Of a stretch of DNA of 64,000 nucleotides, positions 1 through 8,275 are shown in pieces; the first letter of the stretch is position 1; the number at the start of each line of letters is the position of its first letter. Origin of the DNA: a virus (Duplodnaviria; Caudoviricetes); the IMG/VR virus record IMGVR_UViG_3300042090_001530, positions 64,001 to 128,000 of that record. The stretch is one strand, 5' to 3'. A model generated the notes under the pieces. That model was not told where the DNA came from. It ran no database searches and saw nothing but the letters and a program-made list of their open reading frames with translations. The position numbers were made by a program, and so were the translations under genes.

Positions 1-7
1 AACACTG

Positions 8-823
8 ATGCCACGCACCATGCTCGATGGCGTAAACGCCGGCGAGGTCCCGGCCGGCGCCGCGATCTACGCCGGATACGTGGACGGCAACTGGCAGTCC
101 CTGACCGCCCTGACCGTCGCGCACCCGGGCGCCCTGCACGTGTCGATCTGTGTCAGTGCGACGGGCGACGCGCGCGTGCTCGACGTGGAGAAAGGCGACG
201 CGACACCCGAACAGGCACCGGGCTGGACCGAACGGCAGCGTGCTGCAGGCAACGCGTACCCGGTCGTCTACTGCAACGAGAAGCAGAGCTGGCCCGCCGT
301 GAAGACGGCGTTCACCGCGCAGGGCGTAGAACCGCCGCTCTACTGGGTCGCCGCCTACGTGGACGACCCGACGAAGGTCCCCGCGATCCCGGACGGCGCG
401 ATCGGGCTGCAGTACTACGACTACGGCGGCTACGACGCCTCGGTGGTCGCCGACTACTGGCCCGGCCTCGACCCCGCACCCGCCCCGCCGGCCGCCGCGG
501 CGCCGACCGTCACCACGCCCAAGGAACAGGACGACGACATGGCCCAGATCGAACCGCTAGCCGTACACCCCGGCGAGTACGCGTACGCGTTCGCCCCCGA
601 CAAGACAGAGATGGTGCTCGTCGCCGACGGATACTCCAACCCGGCCGCGTCCGTCCGGATCGCCATGTGGGGCGGCGACGAGCCCAGCGTCCTCGAGTCC
701 GTCGAGATCGGCGGCATATCCGGGCAGCACACGTGGGGCCATCCGCTGGGCGCCGGCGTGACCGGCGTGACCGTGCGGCGGCTCGACGGGCAGGACTACC
801 CGATCGGAGTGGCCTTCCAGTAG
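8..823 (+). CDS. Putative endolysin/peptidoglycan hydrolase (GH25-like catalytic domain, Pro/Ala linker, C-terminal domain)
   Basis: N-terminal YAGYVDG...LDVEKGDA...P.VY..YWVA...LQY pattern typical of actinophage lysin glycosidase domains; PAPAPPAAAAP linker; position next to the integration module. Confidence 0.55.
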   Translation: MPRTMLDGVNAGEVPAGAAIYAGYVDGNWQSLTALTVAHPGALHVSICVSATGDARVLDVEKGDATPEQAPGWTERQRAAGNAYPVVYCNEKQSWPAVKTAFTAQGVEPPLYWVAAYVDDPTKVPAIPDGAIGLQYYDYGGYDASVVADYWPGLDPAPAPPAAAAPTVTTPKEQDDDMAQIEPLAVHPGEYAYAFAPDKTEMVLVADGYSNPAASVRIAMWGGDEPSVLESVEIGGISGQHTWGHPLGAGVTGVTVRRLDGQDYPIGVAFQ

Positions 824-892
824 GCCGAGGATCCGCAAGACCCCGAACGGCGACTCGCCGGACGGGTAACCGATCATCTGACTATCCGGCCT

Positions 893-932
893 CGCGCCCC
901 TTTCTCGGTTTTCGAACCGGGGAGGGGGCGCG
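893..932. terminator. Intrinsic terminator hairpin between convergent genes
   Basis: CGCGCCCC-TTTC-TCGGTT/TTCG/AACCGG-GGAG-GGGGCGCG long stem with UUCG loop between the stops at 823 and 959. Confidence 0.7.
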
Positions 933-958
933 CTTTCTGCATTCCCGGGACTCGCGCC

Positions 959-1657
959 TCAAGCTCCGCGGACGCCCTCGCCCCCGCGCCGCCTCGACAG
1001 CGGCAGCACTGCGGCGTCTCGCGGCTCGGACGGCCGCCCGCCAGGGCCCTGCTCGGCCAACTGCTCCAGCCAGCCCTGGTCACTGCGGCACCGCTCGTGC
1101 AGCTGGCACTGAAGGTCGAAAGCCGCCTCGCGCCGTGCCGCGCAGCCCCCAGCCACTGCGCACACCGTACTTGAAACCCCGGCGCTCAGGAGCACGAGCA
1201 ACATGCCGAGGTCCACCACTCGCGGCGTGCCGTAGGCGCCCACTGCGAGTTGCCCGGTGTAAATCGCCGCGAGGGTCCAAGCGACGGCGGCGGACTGCCC
1301 GAGGGTGCGTCGCACCCAGCCGAGGGACCGCCACCGCCTGCGCCCCGGCACAAGCAGCGCGTCCAGCTGTGGGTCACCGAGGTTGAAGCCGCCGGTCATC
1401 GCTCGGCCGATGCGCGGATCCTCGCTGCCGGTCATCGCCAGGGCCATGCCGAGGCATGCAGCGTGCACGAGCCAGCTGATGCACAGGGCGAATGCGAAGC
1501 TGCCGAACGGCGGGTCGGCCAACTGGACAAGGATCAGCACGAGCGCGGCGAGCGCGGCGAGGGCCGAGAGTATGCCGGCGCTGCGGGTCAGCAGCAGTTC
1601 GCGGCGCGGCGCGGGCGCGGGCTGCTCGGATGGTTCACGTGTGGGCCGTTCCGGCAT
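959..1657 (-). CDS. Multi-pass membrane protein, unknown function
   Basis: About four hydrophobic segments (LSALAALAALVLILVQL, FALCISWLVHAACLGMALAM, ...). Confidence 0.7.
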   Translation of the reverse strand: MPERPTREPSEQPAPAPRRELLLTRSAGILSALAALAALVLILVQLADPPFGSFAFALCISWLVHAACLGMALAMTGSEDPRIGRAMTGGFNLGDPQLDALLVPGRRRWRSLGWVRRTLGQSAAVAWTLAAIYTGQLAVGAYGTPRVVDLGMLLVLLSAGVSSTVCAVAGGCAARREAAFDLQCQLHERCRSDQGWLEQLAEQGPGGRPSEPRDAAVLPLSRRRGGEGVRGA

Positions 1658-1936
1658 AGCACTCTCCCCAGATGTGACCCCCGGGGCCCCGACCGCCGGG
1701 CGCTTCGTGTGGACGATGCATGAGGTGTACGCCGGGGTCCGGGGCGCGCTCCAACGTTTCAGTGTAGGCAGCGCCCTGATGGCGCGCTTTCACCCGATCG
1801 GGTGGTCCGCGTTCGCCCGGCGCTCGCCCGGCGCTAGCCTAACTGCCGTACGCTGCCCTCGCGCCACCCGCCTGGGGCCGAGGGAAGGAATTCAGTGCAC
1901 GAGCGGTCGCCTGCCGATGTGCCGCCCCGGGCCCTG

Positions 1937-2491
1937 ATGCTCTCGGGTGCCGCAGCGTTCCTCGTCGCGGCCGGCTTGTGGGCGGCCCAAGCGGTGCCCG
2001 CGCTGCGGATCAACTCCTCACTCCTGTTCTCCGTCATCTGCTGGCTGTTCGCATACTTCTGCTTCGCGTTGAAAACCAGTCAGATCACCCCGAGGTTCAC
2101 CTGGGTTTCGCGGGCGCTGGCCATTACGGTCGCCGCCGGCCAAGCCGCGCAGCCGCCCGCCCGGAACCGCGGCTCCGTGGACCTGGCCAGCAGGCCGGTG
2201 TACCGCAGATGCGGCCAGGTAGCCGCGTTTGCGATCACCGCGATGGCTGCCACCGACGCGCTGCTCGCCTTCGGCGTGATCCGCTTGGCGGGCGTCAACC
2301 TGCTACTCACGACCCTGTTCGTGCTGGGCGCGGCCAGCGAGTGCTTGTTCGTGCGCGTTGTGGGGCCGAAAGCTGAGGCGGCGGAACTGGCGATCCACCA
2401 AGCGCGCGCCGCCGCACGCTACGGCACATCCGGGGACCGCAGGCCGCTGACGCTGCTCGACGGCGCCCCACAGTCCTCGGACGAGACTTAG
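1937..2491 (+). CDS. Multi-pass membrane protein, unknown function
   Basis: ATG at 1937 within the 1895 ORF; about four hydrophobic segments. Confidence 0.7.
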   Translation: MLSGAAAFLVAAGLWAAQAVPALRINSSLLFSVICWLFAYFCFALKTSQITPRFTWVSRALAITVAAGQAAQPPARNRGSVDLASRPVYRRCGQVAAFAITAMAATDALLAFGVIRLAGVNLLLTTLFVLGAASECLFVRVVGPKAEAAELAIHQARAAARYGTSGDRRPLTLLDGAPQSSDET

Positions 2492-2502
2492 TGACCACGG
2501 CG

Positions 2503-3885
2503 TTAGGCGGCAAGCGCGACTAGGCCGGCTGCGGCCCACGCCGCGGCGACCGCGTTCGCCTGCCGCTGGTCGAGTTCCGGAAGCAGGTGCCCGTAGGTCT
2601 TGTCGGTGGTGATGACGCTCTCATGCCCGAGCCGCCGGGCGATCGCCGAGAGCGGCACGTTCCCGGCGATCTGCCATGCCACGTGCGTGTGGCGCAGGTC
2701 GTGGATGCGCGGAACCTTGCGCAGGGTGCCCTCGCAGCCGCATGGGCGCAGCCAGTACTGACGCAGATCTCGGCGGATCTGGCGCAGGTGGATGCGCTCC
2801 CCGTCGAGCACCATCCCCTCCTCGCGGTCCTGCACGCGATGCTCCTCGCAGCGCACGGCCCGGTAGACGGTCGGCTGCCACGCCAGGGAGAAGAAGCTGG
2901 AGTGGAACCAGGGTCCGCCCTCGGCCGCCGTGAACAGGAACGCGCCCGGCGCGCAGCCCTCGGCCGCTGCGGCGAACGCGGCGTCGACGTACGGGTCCAG
3001 GGTGATCCGTCGCCGCCCCGCCGTCGACTTCGGCTCCTTGAGCCTGCGCCCGCCCTCGATGGTCTGCCAGGAGCGCTGGACCTGGGTGGCGCCCGGCGCC
3101 CAGTCTCCGGCCTGCTGTGCGGCCATCTCCGAGAACCGCATGCCGGTCCCCGCGAACGCGATCAGGATCGGGCGGTGCTCCGGCTTCGCGGCGGCGAGCA
3201 GCAGCGCGAACTCGACCGGGGTGAGGAACACCATCTCCTCGCCGGTCGCGTCGTCCAGCCGCGGCAGCCTAGTGTCGGCGCACGGGTTGAACCTGCGCAG
3301 CGGGCGCTCGCCGCGGGTGGCGGACTCGGCGATCGAGTACAGCAGGCCGTGCGCGTTGGCGATGGTCTTCGGGGACTTGGGGGTGCGCAGCCAGGCGAGT
3401 TCGTTCTCCGGGTCGCGCACGCCGGCCTCGAGCCAGTTGACCCAGGCTGCGACGTCGCGTTCGCTGAACGTGTCGAGGTCGGCGAGGTCGGCGTCGGCGA
3501 GTTGCGGGAACACGGCGAAGTAGTTGGCGATGAGGCGGTGGTAGTCGGCGCGGGTCTTGGCCTGGATGCCGGTGAGGTGGTTGACGTAGTCGGTGGCGTA
3601 GTCGAGCAGCGGCTTGGGTTCGCCGCGCGAGGTTTCGGCCTGCAGGAGCGCTGCGGTCCTGGTGGCGGTGGCGAACTGTTCGGGGGTGACGTAGCCGTGC
3701 CTAGCGATGTAGTTGGGGGGCCAGTGCTGCCCGTGGAAGTCGACGTCGTTCTTGAAGTGCTCGGCTGCGGCGAGGTCGGTGCCGAAGGGCTCGCGTTCGC
3801 GCTTGCCGCCGCGCCTGCCGCCTTCGATCCACGCGACGCGGTAGGTGGTGGTGGTCTTGTTGACCCGGGTTTCGATGGTCGCCAT
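2503..3885 (-). CDS. int: Tyrosine integrase
   Basis: Catalytic motifs GTGMRFSE (R), HDLRH, LGH, TYGHL (Y); N-terminal arm-binding-like segment; start at MATIETR (alternative ATG 3891). Confidence 0.95.
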   Translation of the reverse strand: MATIETRVNKTTTTYRVAWIEGGRRGGKREREPFGTDLAAAEHFKNDVDFHGQHWPPNYIARHGYVTPEQFATATRTAALLQAETSRGEPKPLLDYATDYVNHLTGIQAKTRADYHRLIANYFAVFPQLADADLADLDTFSERDVAAWVNWLEAGVRDPENELAWLRTPKSPKTIANAHGLLYSIAESATRGERPLRRFNPCADTRLPRLDDATGEEMVFLTPVEFALLLAAAKPEHRPILIAFAGTGMRFSEMAAQQAGDWAPGATQVQRSWQTIEGGRRLKEPKSTAGRRRITLDPYVDAAFAAAAEGCAPGAFLFTAAEGGPWFHSSFFSLAWQPTVYRAVRCEEHRVQDREEGMVLDGERIHLRQIRRDLRQYWLRPCGCEGTLRKVPRIHDLRHTHVAWQIAGNVPLSAIARRLGHESVITTDKTYGHLLPELDQRQANAVAAAWAAAGLVALAA

Positions 3886-3938
3886 GTCCACGATCGTGCG
3901 CCTGCGGACGGGTCGGGCGGGGGGCGTTTTGCCGACTT

Positions 3939-3962
3939 GTTACCCCGCGCGTTACCCCGTGC
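3939..3962 (+). repeat. Tandem 12-bp direct repeats, putative integrase arm-type sites (left arm)
   Basis: GTTACCCCGCGC (3939-3950) and GTTACCCCGTGC (3951-3962). Confidence 0.7.
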
Positions 3963-3972
3963 GCTGAACGAT

Positions 3973-4010
3973 CAAGGCCCCTGCTGCTTTACGGCAGCTC
4001 AGGGGCCTTG
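3973..4010 (-). terminator. Terminator hairpin downstream of the tRNA-derived att core
   Basis: CAAGGCCCCTG (3973-3983) pairs with CAGGGGCCTTG (4000-4010); inner GCTGC/GCAGC. Confidence 0.75.
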
Positions 4011-4017
4011 TCGAGAA

Positions 4018-4039
4018 GAGGTGGAGACGGGATTTGAAC
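4018..4039 (-). other. attP: attP core: copy of a tRNA 3' end (probably tRNA-Cys)
   Basis: Minus strand reads GTTCAAATCCCGTCTCCACCTC: T-loop, T-stem 3' strand, acceptor 3' strand and U discriminator. It matches my recollection of actinomycete tRNA-Cys(GCA). The sequence beyond 4039 is not tRNA-like. Confidence 0.8.
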
Positions 4040-4143
4040 TGTGGTACACCCGCACCTCTACCTGCATCTTTGCTGCTGAGACCACTATAGCAGGTGCCAC
4101 CGGTCGCAAAAACTGGCCAGAGGTCGCAAGGACCGACCTGCAC

Positions 4144-4167
4144 GTTTCCCCGCAGGACACCCCGTGC
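4144..4167 (+). repeat. Tandem 12-bp repeats, putative integrase arm-type sites (right arm)
   Basis: GTTTCCCCGCAG (4144-4155) and GACACCCCGTGC (4156-4167), similar to the 3939-3962 pair. Confidence 0.6.
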
Positions 4168-4193
4168 CGGGGGCGCCCTTCGCCGACGCCGAG

Positions 4194-4958
4194 TCAAGAA
4201 GCGCGCCCGTTGCGCCCGCGGTCCTCTTCGGCATCCGGGTCGGCCTTGCGGAGCCGGTCGGCCTCTGCGGCCTCCCGCGGGTAGCGGGCCGCGCGCAGCG
4301 CCTCGACCTCGTCCGCGCCGAGGATGCGCGCGGTGAACACCGCCTCCATCGCGGTCGGCGCGGCGGCCCCCGCGATCCACGCGGTGATCGCGGCCTCGGG
4401 GATGGTGCGCTCGCTGCGCGCGGCCACCTCGGCGGGGGTCATCCGCGCGTCGGCGAGTGCCTGCTCGAGGAACGCCGCCCACGGTGAGATGGCACGCCCG
4501 GCCCTGGCGTGCGGTGGCGCTGCGGCGGCGGCCGATCGGCGCGACCGGCCCTGGGCGTCGGCCAGGCGCAGTTCGAAATCGTGAAGGGTCTCGGCCTGCC
4601 GACGCAGGTATGACTGTTCGAGGTCGGCGCGCTGCTCGGCGGTGAGCATGCGGTCGGTGCGGATGCGCAGGAGCATCGGGTCGGTGCCCTGCTCGGTGCG
4701 GACGCTGCGGATCAGGCTGGCGGTGCCGGTCAGGCCGGCGGCGTCGAGGGCGGCGACGGCATCTCTGGCACGGACGGCGTGGGCGACGGCGATGACGGTT
4801 TCGGGGTCGGTGGGGGAGAAGGTGCCGCGGACCCAGCGGCTGATGGTTCCGGAGGGGAATCCGGTGGCGCGTTCGAGGTCGGCCTGGGTCATTTCGGCGT
4901 GGGTGAGGGCGGCGTTGAGCCATGACGCCCAAGTGGTGTTGGCGTCGGCGCGTGGCAT
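4194..4958 (-). CDS. Immunity repressor with two XRE-type HTH domains
   Basis: WASWLNAALTHAEMTQADLERATGFPSGTISRW and WAAFLEQALADARMTPAEVAARS...AAITAW; divergent from the Cro-like gene. Confidence 0.85.
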   Translation of the reverse strand: MPRADANTTWASWLNAALTHAEMTQADLERATGFPSGTISRWVRGTFSPTDPETVIAVAHAVRARDAVAALDAAGLTGTASLIRSVRTEQGTDPMLLRIRTDRMLTAEQRADLEQSYLRRQAETLHDFELRLADAQGRSRRSAAAAAPPHARAGRAISPWAAFLEQALADARMTPAEVAARSERTIPEAAITAWIAGAAAPTAMEAVFTARILGADEVEALRAARYPREAAEADRLRKADPDAEEDRGRNGRAS

Positions 4959-4988
4959 CAATCTTCAGCTTCCGGCGGGTACGGGATG

Positions 4989-5194
4989 GCTTCCTGTGCG
5001 AAGGAAGCCTATCGGTGTTCAGCCTACAGACGCCACCGTATGTCCGCCATAGGTGCCGCCAGACTTTCCGCAGCACTCGCATATGCACGCACGCCCCGGC
5101 AGGCCAGAGCACGTTTCGCCGCACCGGTTGCGCTTCCCATGCGAAGGGGGTAGCTTCCTTCATGTACGAAGGAATAGACCTTCTTGTAAGAAGG
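4989..5194. promoter_or_regulatory. Four 16-bp palindromic operators SCTTC-N6-GAAGG in the repressor/cro intergenic region
   Basis: GCTTCCTGTGCGAAGG 4989-5004; GCTTCCCATGCGAAGG 5132-5147; CCTTCATGTACGAAGG 5157-5172; CCTTCTTGTAAGAAGG 5179-5194. Confidence 0.8.
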
Positions 5195-5222
5195 ACACCA
5201 CGTCGCCCCACCGGAGACCCCC

Positions 5223-5576
5223 ATGTCAACCCGACAGTCCGGCTGGATCTACCAGCTGCGCAATGCCGAGTTCCCTGACGAGAACGGGAACCTCGGCCGC
5301 GACGCGCTCGCCTGGCTTACCAAGATCAACCCGTCATGGACCAACCCAGACGGATCTCCCTGCATCGAACGCATCGCGCGGTCCGCAGGCGTCAACCCCC
5401 CCACCCTCCAGCGCATCTACCGCCGCACGATGGACCTTAACCTGCAGGTCCTGGCCGCTCTCGTCGGCGTCTCCGGGCGGCCGCGCGACGTGGCCGAAGA
5501 GGCACTCGCCCAGTTCGTCGAACTGGCCCAGGGCTCCGAGCCGCTCGCCGACGAGCGCGAACTGGCGGTTGCATGA
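5223..5576 (+). CDS. Cro-like HTH DNA-binding protein
   Basis: IERIARSAGVNPPTLQRIYRR HTH; first rightward gene; divergent from the repressor. Confidence 0.7.
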   Translation: MSTRQSGWIYQLRNAEFPDENGNLGRDALAWLTKINPSWTNPDGSPCIERIARSAGVNPPTLQRIYRRTMDLNLQVLAALVGVSGRPRDVAEEALAQFVELAQGSEPLADERELAVA

Positions 5577-5833
5577 TGGACGCCTACCTGACCGTCGCAG
5601 AACTCGGCCAACTGCTCAAACTGACGCCGCGCACCGTGCGCAGGCGCGTGAAGAACGAGGGCTGGCCGCACTGGGGCGAAGGGGCCGGGATGCGCTTCTC
5701 GCCCGAACACTGCGCCTCGATCAAGGCGATGGGCGAGCACGTGCCGCAGCCCGCCGCAGAGCCACCGGCCTTCGACCTCGCGCGGGCGGTCGCCGGAATC
5801 AACCGGATGAACCGGCACGCAGCACCCCGCTAG
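5573..5833 (+). CDS. Excisionase-like HTH (Xis/MerR-type) protein
   Basis: YLTVAELGQLLKLTPRTVRRRVK...WPH..G..MRF pattern. Confidence 0.75.
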   Translation: MMDAYLTVAELGQLLKLTPRTVRRRVKNEGWPHWGEGAGMRFSPEHCASIKAMGEHVPQPAAEPPAFDLARAVAGINRMNRHAAPR

Positions 5834-5919
5834 GCAAACAAACGCCGCCCGGCTCGGTCGTGACCCGAGCACAGGGCGGCAGTGACCACCAGAAACCGTC
5901 AAAGGAAGGTGGTGGCCTC

Positions 5920-6333
5920 ATGGTCACAGTACTTCTGCCTGCAGAATCGGGCAACTCAACACTCGATCACGCGATCTCGACGCGCGCCGACCTGGCCGCG
6001 ATCCTGCCGCCCGGCGTCGTCGCACGCCTTGAGCCCGACGTGTGGCACGACCTGTCGTTCATCGCCCCGCTGCGCATCCTCGCCGCCATCGACGACCCGC
6101 GCTGGCACGCCGCGGTGACCCCGATCCACATCGACTGGGCGTCGATCTACGCGTGGTCGCGGGCCCGGGGCGGGTTGCACACGGTGCGCCTGGCGGTGGA
6201 GATCGCAGCATCGATGTGCGGCGACCCGGGCGCCCGGCCGGACATGTGCGGCCTGCTGCGGCGCCTGGATGCGGAGCATGGTGCCGCGGTGCTGGACGCG
6301 CTGCGGCTCGCGGACGAGGGGCTCGCATCGTGA
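5920..6333 (+). CDS. Hypothetical phage protein
   Basis: RBS AGGAAGG then ATG 5920; stop overlaps the next start. Confidence 0.65.
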   Translation: MVTVLLPAESGNSTLDHAISTRADLAAILPPGVVARLEPDVWHDLSFIAPLRILAAIDDPRWHAAVTPIHIDWASIYAWSRARGGLHTVRLAVEIAASMCGDPGARPDMCGLLRRLDAEHGAAVLDALRLADEGLAS

Positions 6334-6680
6334 CCGACCCGACGGCCGTGCAAGTCCTGCGCAGGGCGAAGGCCCTCCTCGTGGCCAACGGCTGGCTGCA
6401 GCGCGGCCACTACGACGCGCGGCAGCACCGCGCGGGGATGCCGGTCGCGAACTGCCGGCTGTGTATCCGCGGGGCGGTGAATGTCGCGGCGGGCTCTGCG
6501 GATCCGGTGCTCGGCTGCGACGCGTCCCATGCCGCACACGCCGCCGTCTCGCGGACGCTGCTCGCCGCCGGTTTCAAGGGCGGCACGATCCGTTTCAACG
6601 ACGCTCCGGGCCGCACGTTAGCCGACGTGTTCGCGCTGCTGGACCGCGCGATCGAGCTCGCGGGGACGGTGTCGGCATGA
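6330..6680 (+). CDS. DUF6197-like phage protein
   Basis: VLRRAKALL..NGWLQ.....CI.GA......FND.PGRT..DV.ALL pattern. Confidence 0.6.
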   Translation: MTDPTAVQVLRRAKALLVANGWLQRGHYDARQHRAGMPVANCRLCIRGAVNVAAGSADPVLGCDASHAAHAAVSRTLLAAGFKGGTIRFNDAPGRTLADVFALLDRAIELAGTVSA

Positions 6681-7315
6681 CTGTCACCGAAACCCGCCCC
6701 GCCCCCGTCGTCCCGCTGCACGGCGGACGGCGCCGCGTGCGGGCCACGCCGGTCAGCGACCTGCACGGTCGGCAACTTGCCGCGTCGAATCGACTGCTGG
6801 ACGCTGCGGCGGACCTGGCGGACACGACTGCTGAGGATGTTCTCGGTCGCCTGCTCGGCGGCCTGGTCAATGCGGCGCCGTCGGGCGGCCGTGCGCCGTC
6901 GAAGCATGCCTTGGTGGAGCTCTTGGAGCGGATCGCTGATGGGCTCGGCTGCCCGCCCGCGCCTGTCCCCGTGTGGTCCACGGGCGCGATCACCGTGGAG
7001 CGGTGGCCGTCCGGGAAGTCCGTCGTGACCGGGCTGCTCGCGAATCCAGACGTGGTCGAAGCACTCGCTGAGGCGTTCACCCAGGCGGATGCCGACGGCG
7101 TCGACCTAGTGCGCCTGTTCGCGCAGATAGCCGAGTTCGGGCAGGCGCGGTTGGACATGCCGGTGGGTTCGCTCGAGGATCAGGCGTACGTTGCGGCGTT
7201 CAACGAGGTGACTGAACTCCTCGGTTCGACGCCGGTCCGTTTCGAGCCGCACGATCTGGTTCCGATCGCCGAGGCTGTCGAGGCCGAGAACGACCGCGGG
7301 CTGGTGACCGCGTGA
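6677..7315 (+). CDS. Hypothetical phage protein
   Basis: ATGA-coupled ORF in the operon. Confidence 0.6.
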   Translation: MTVTETRPAPVVPLHGGRRRVRATPVSDLHGRQLAASNRLLDAAADLADTTAEDVLGRLLGGLVNAAPSGGRAPSKHALVELLERIADGLGCPPAPVPVWSTGAITVERWPSGKSVVTGLLANPDVVEALAEAFTQADADGVDLVRLFAQIAEFGQARLDMPVGSLEDQAYVAAFNEVTELLGSTPVRFEPHDLVPIAEAVEAENDRGLVTA

Positions 7316-8238
7316 CCGTCACCGACGACCGCCCTGCCACGGACTTGGCTGCCGCGACCCTCACCGCGTACGGCGAGCATGCCGTTGAGATCACCGAGCC
7401 GGGGATCTTCGACCATCTGACGCTCGAGCAGTATCACGCAGACATGGTGCCGGGCGGTTCGCTCTCCTCGTCGGGCGCGCGCAAACTGCTGTACCCGTCG
7501 TGCCCAGCCAAGTTCGACTGGGAGCGGCGCCACCCGAAGCCGCCGACCAGCGCGATGGAGTTCGGTTCCGCAGTGCACTCCATCGCACTGGGCAACGGCG
7601 CGGAGGTCGTGCCGGTGGATGCGAAGTCGTGGGTGGGCGGCGCGGCACAGCAGGAGCGCAAGGAGATCCGCGCGTCGGGGCGCATCCCGCTGCTCGACGT
7701 CGAGTTTCAGACGGCGAACGAGATGTGCGCCGCGCTGCGCAGGGATCCGCTGGCCGCGAAGCTGCTCGACCCGTCGTGTGGCAAGGCGGAGCGCAGCCTG
7801 TTTTGGCGGGACGAGAAGACCGGCGTGATGCTGCGCGCCCGCCCGGACTGGCTGCCGGAGCCCGTCGAGGGTGAGCGGCTGATCGTGCCTGACATCAAGA
7901 CGACGACCGAGGTGGACGGGGACTCTATCTCCAAGGCGTTGGAGACGTACTCGTACCCGATGCAGGCCGACTTCTACGAGTCCGGCATCAGGGCGCTCGG
8001 GATCGCGCAGGATGTCGTGTTCCTGTTCATCTTCGTCCGGAAGACCCGGCCGCATCTGATCCGGGTCGTCGGGGTCCCGGAGATCGACCGGACGATCGCG
8101 GCGGCGAAGAACCGGCGCGCCATCGACCTGTACGCGCAGTGCACCGCCTCCGGCGAGTGGCCCGCCTACGAGCCCGGCATCACCTACATCGATATTCCCG
8201 GCTGGGCACAGTCGCGTGATGCGCAGGACTACCTGTGA
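7312..8238 (+). CDS. RecE-like PD-(D/E)XK exonuclease (exonuclease VIII/DUF3799 type)
   Basis: LSSSGARKL, FGSAVH, ERSLFW, RARPDW, PDIKTT, Y.MQA.FY motifs. Confidence 0.85.
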   Translation: MTVTDDRPATDLAAATLTAYGEHAVEITEPGIFDHLTLEQYHADMVPGGSLSSSGARKLLYPSCPAKFDWERRHPKPPTSAMEFGSAVHSIALGNGAEVVPVDAKSWVGGAAQQERKEIRASGRIPLLDVEFQTANEMCAALRRDPLAAKLLDPSCGKAERSLFWRDEKTGVMLRARPDWLPEPVEGERLIVPDIKTTTEVDGDSISKALETYSYPMQADFYESGIRALGIAQDVVFLFIFVRKTRPHLIRVVGVPEIDRTIAAAKNRRAIDLYAQCTASGEWPAYEPGITYIDIPGWAQSRDAQDYL

Positions 8239-8275
8239 CCGCCGCGCCGATCATCACCATTCCTGGAGGGGAACT

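Noticed and set aside
4018-4095. Complete tRNA gene
   Set aside because: Only the T-loop-to-discriminator portion matches; no anticodon or D arm can be folded beyond 4039.
3952-4193. attP inside the repressor gene (integration-dependent immunity as in BPs-like phages)
   Set aside because: The repressor stops at 4194, about 155 bp before the core; the 3952-5229 ORF crossing it is a different, motif-less frame.
2587-4284. Long antisense ORFs (e.g. 2587-4284, 7180-8055, 30712-31611, 50503-51846, 51668-53191, 55230-56378)
   Set aside because: Shadow frames opposite well-supported genes, expected in ~70% GC DNA; no motifs or RBS.
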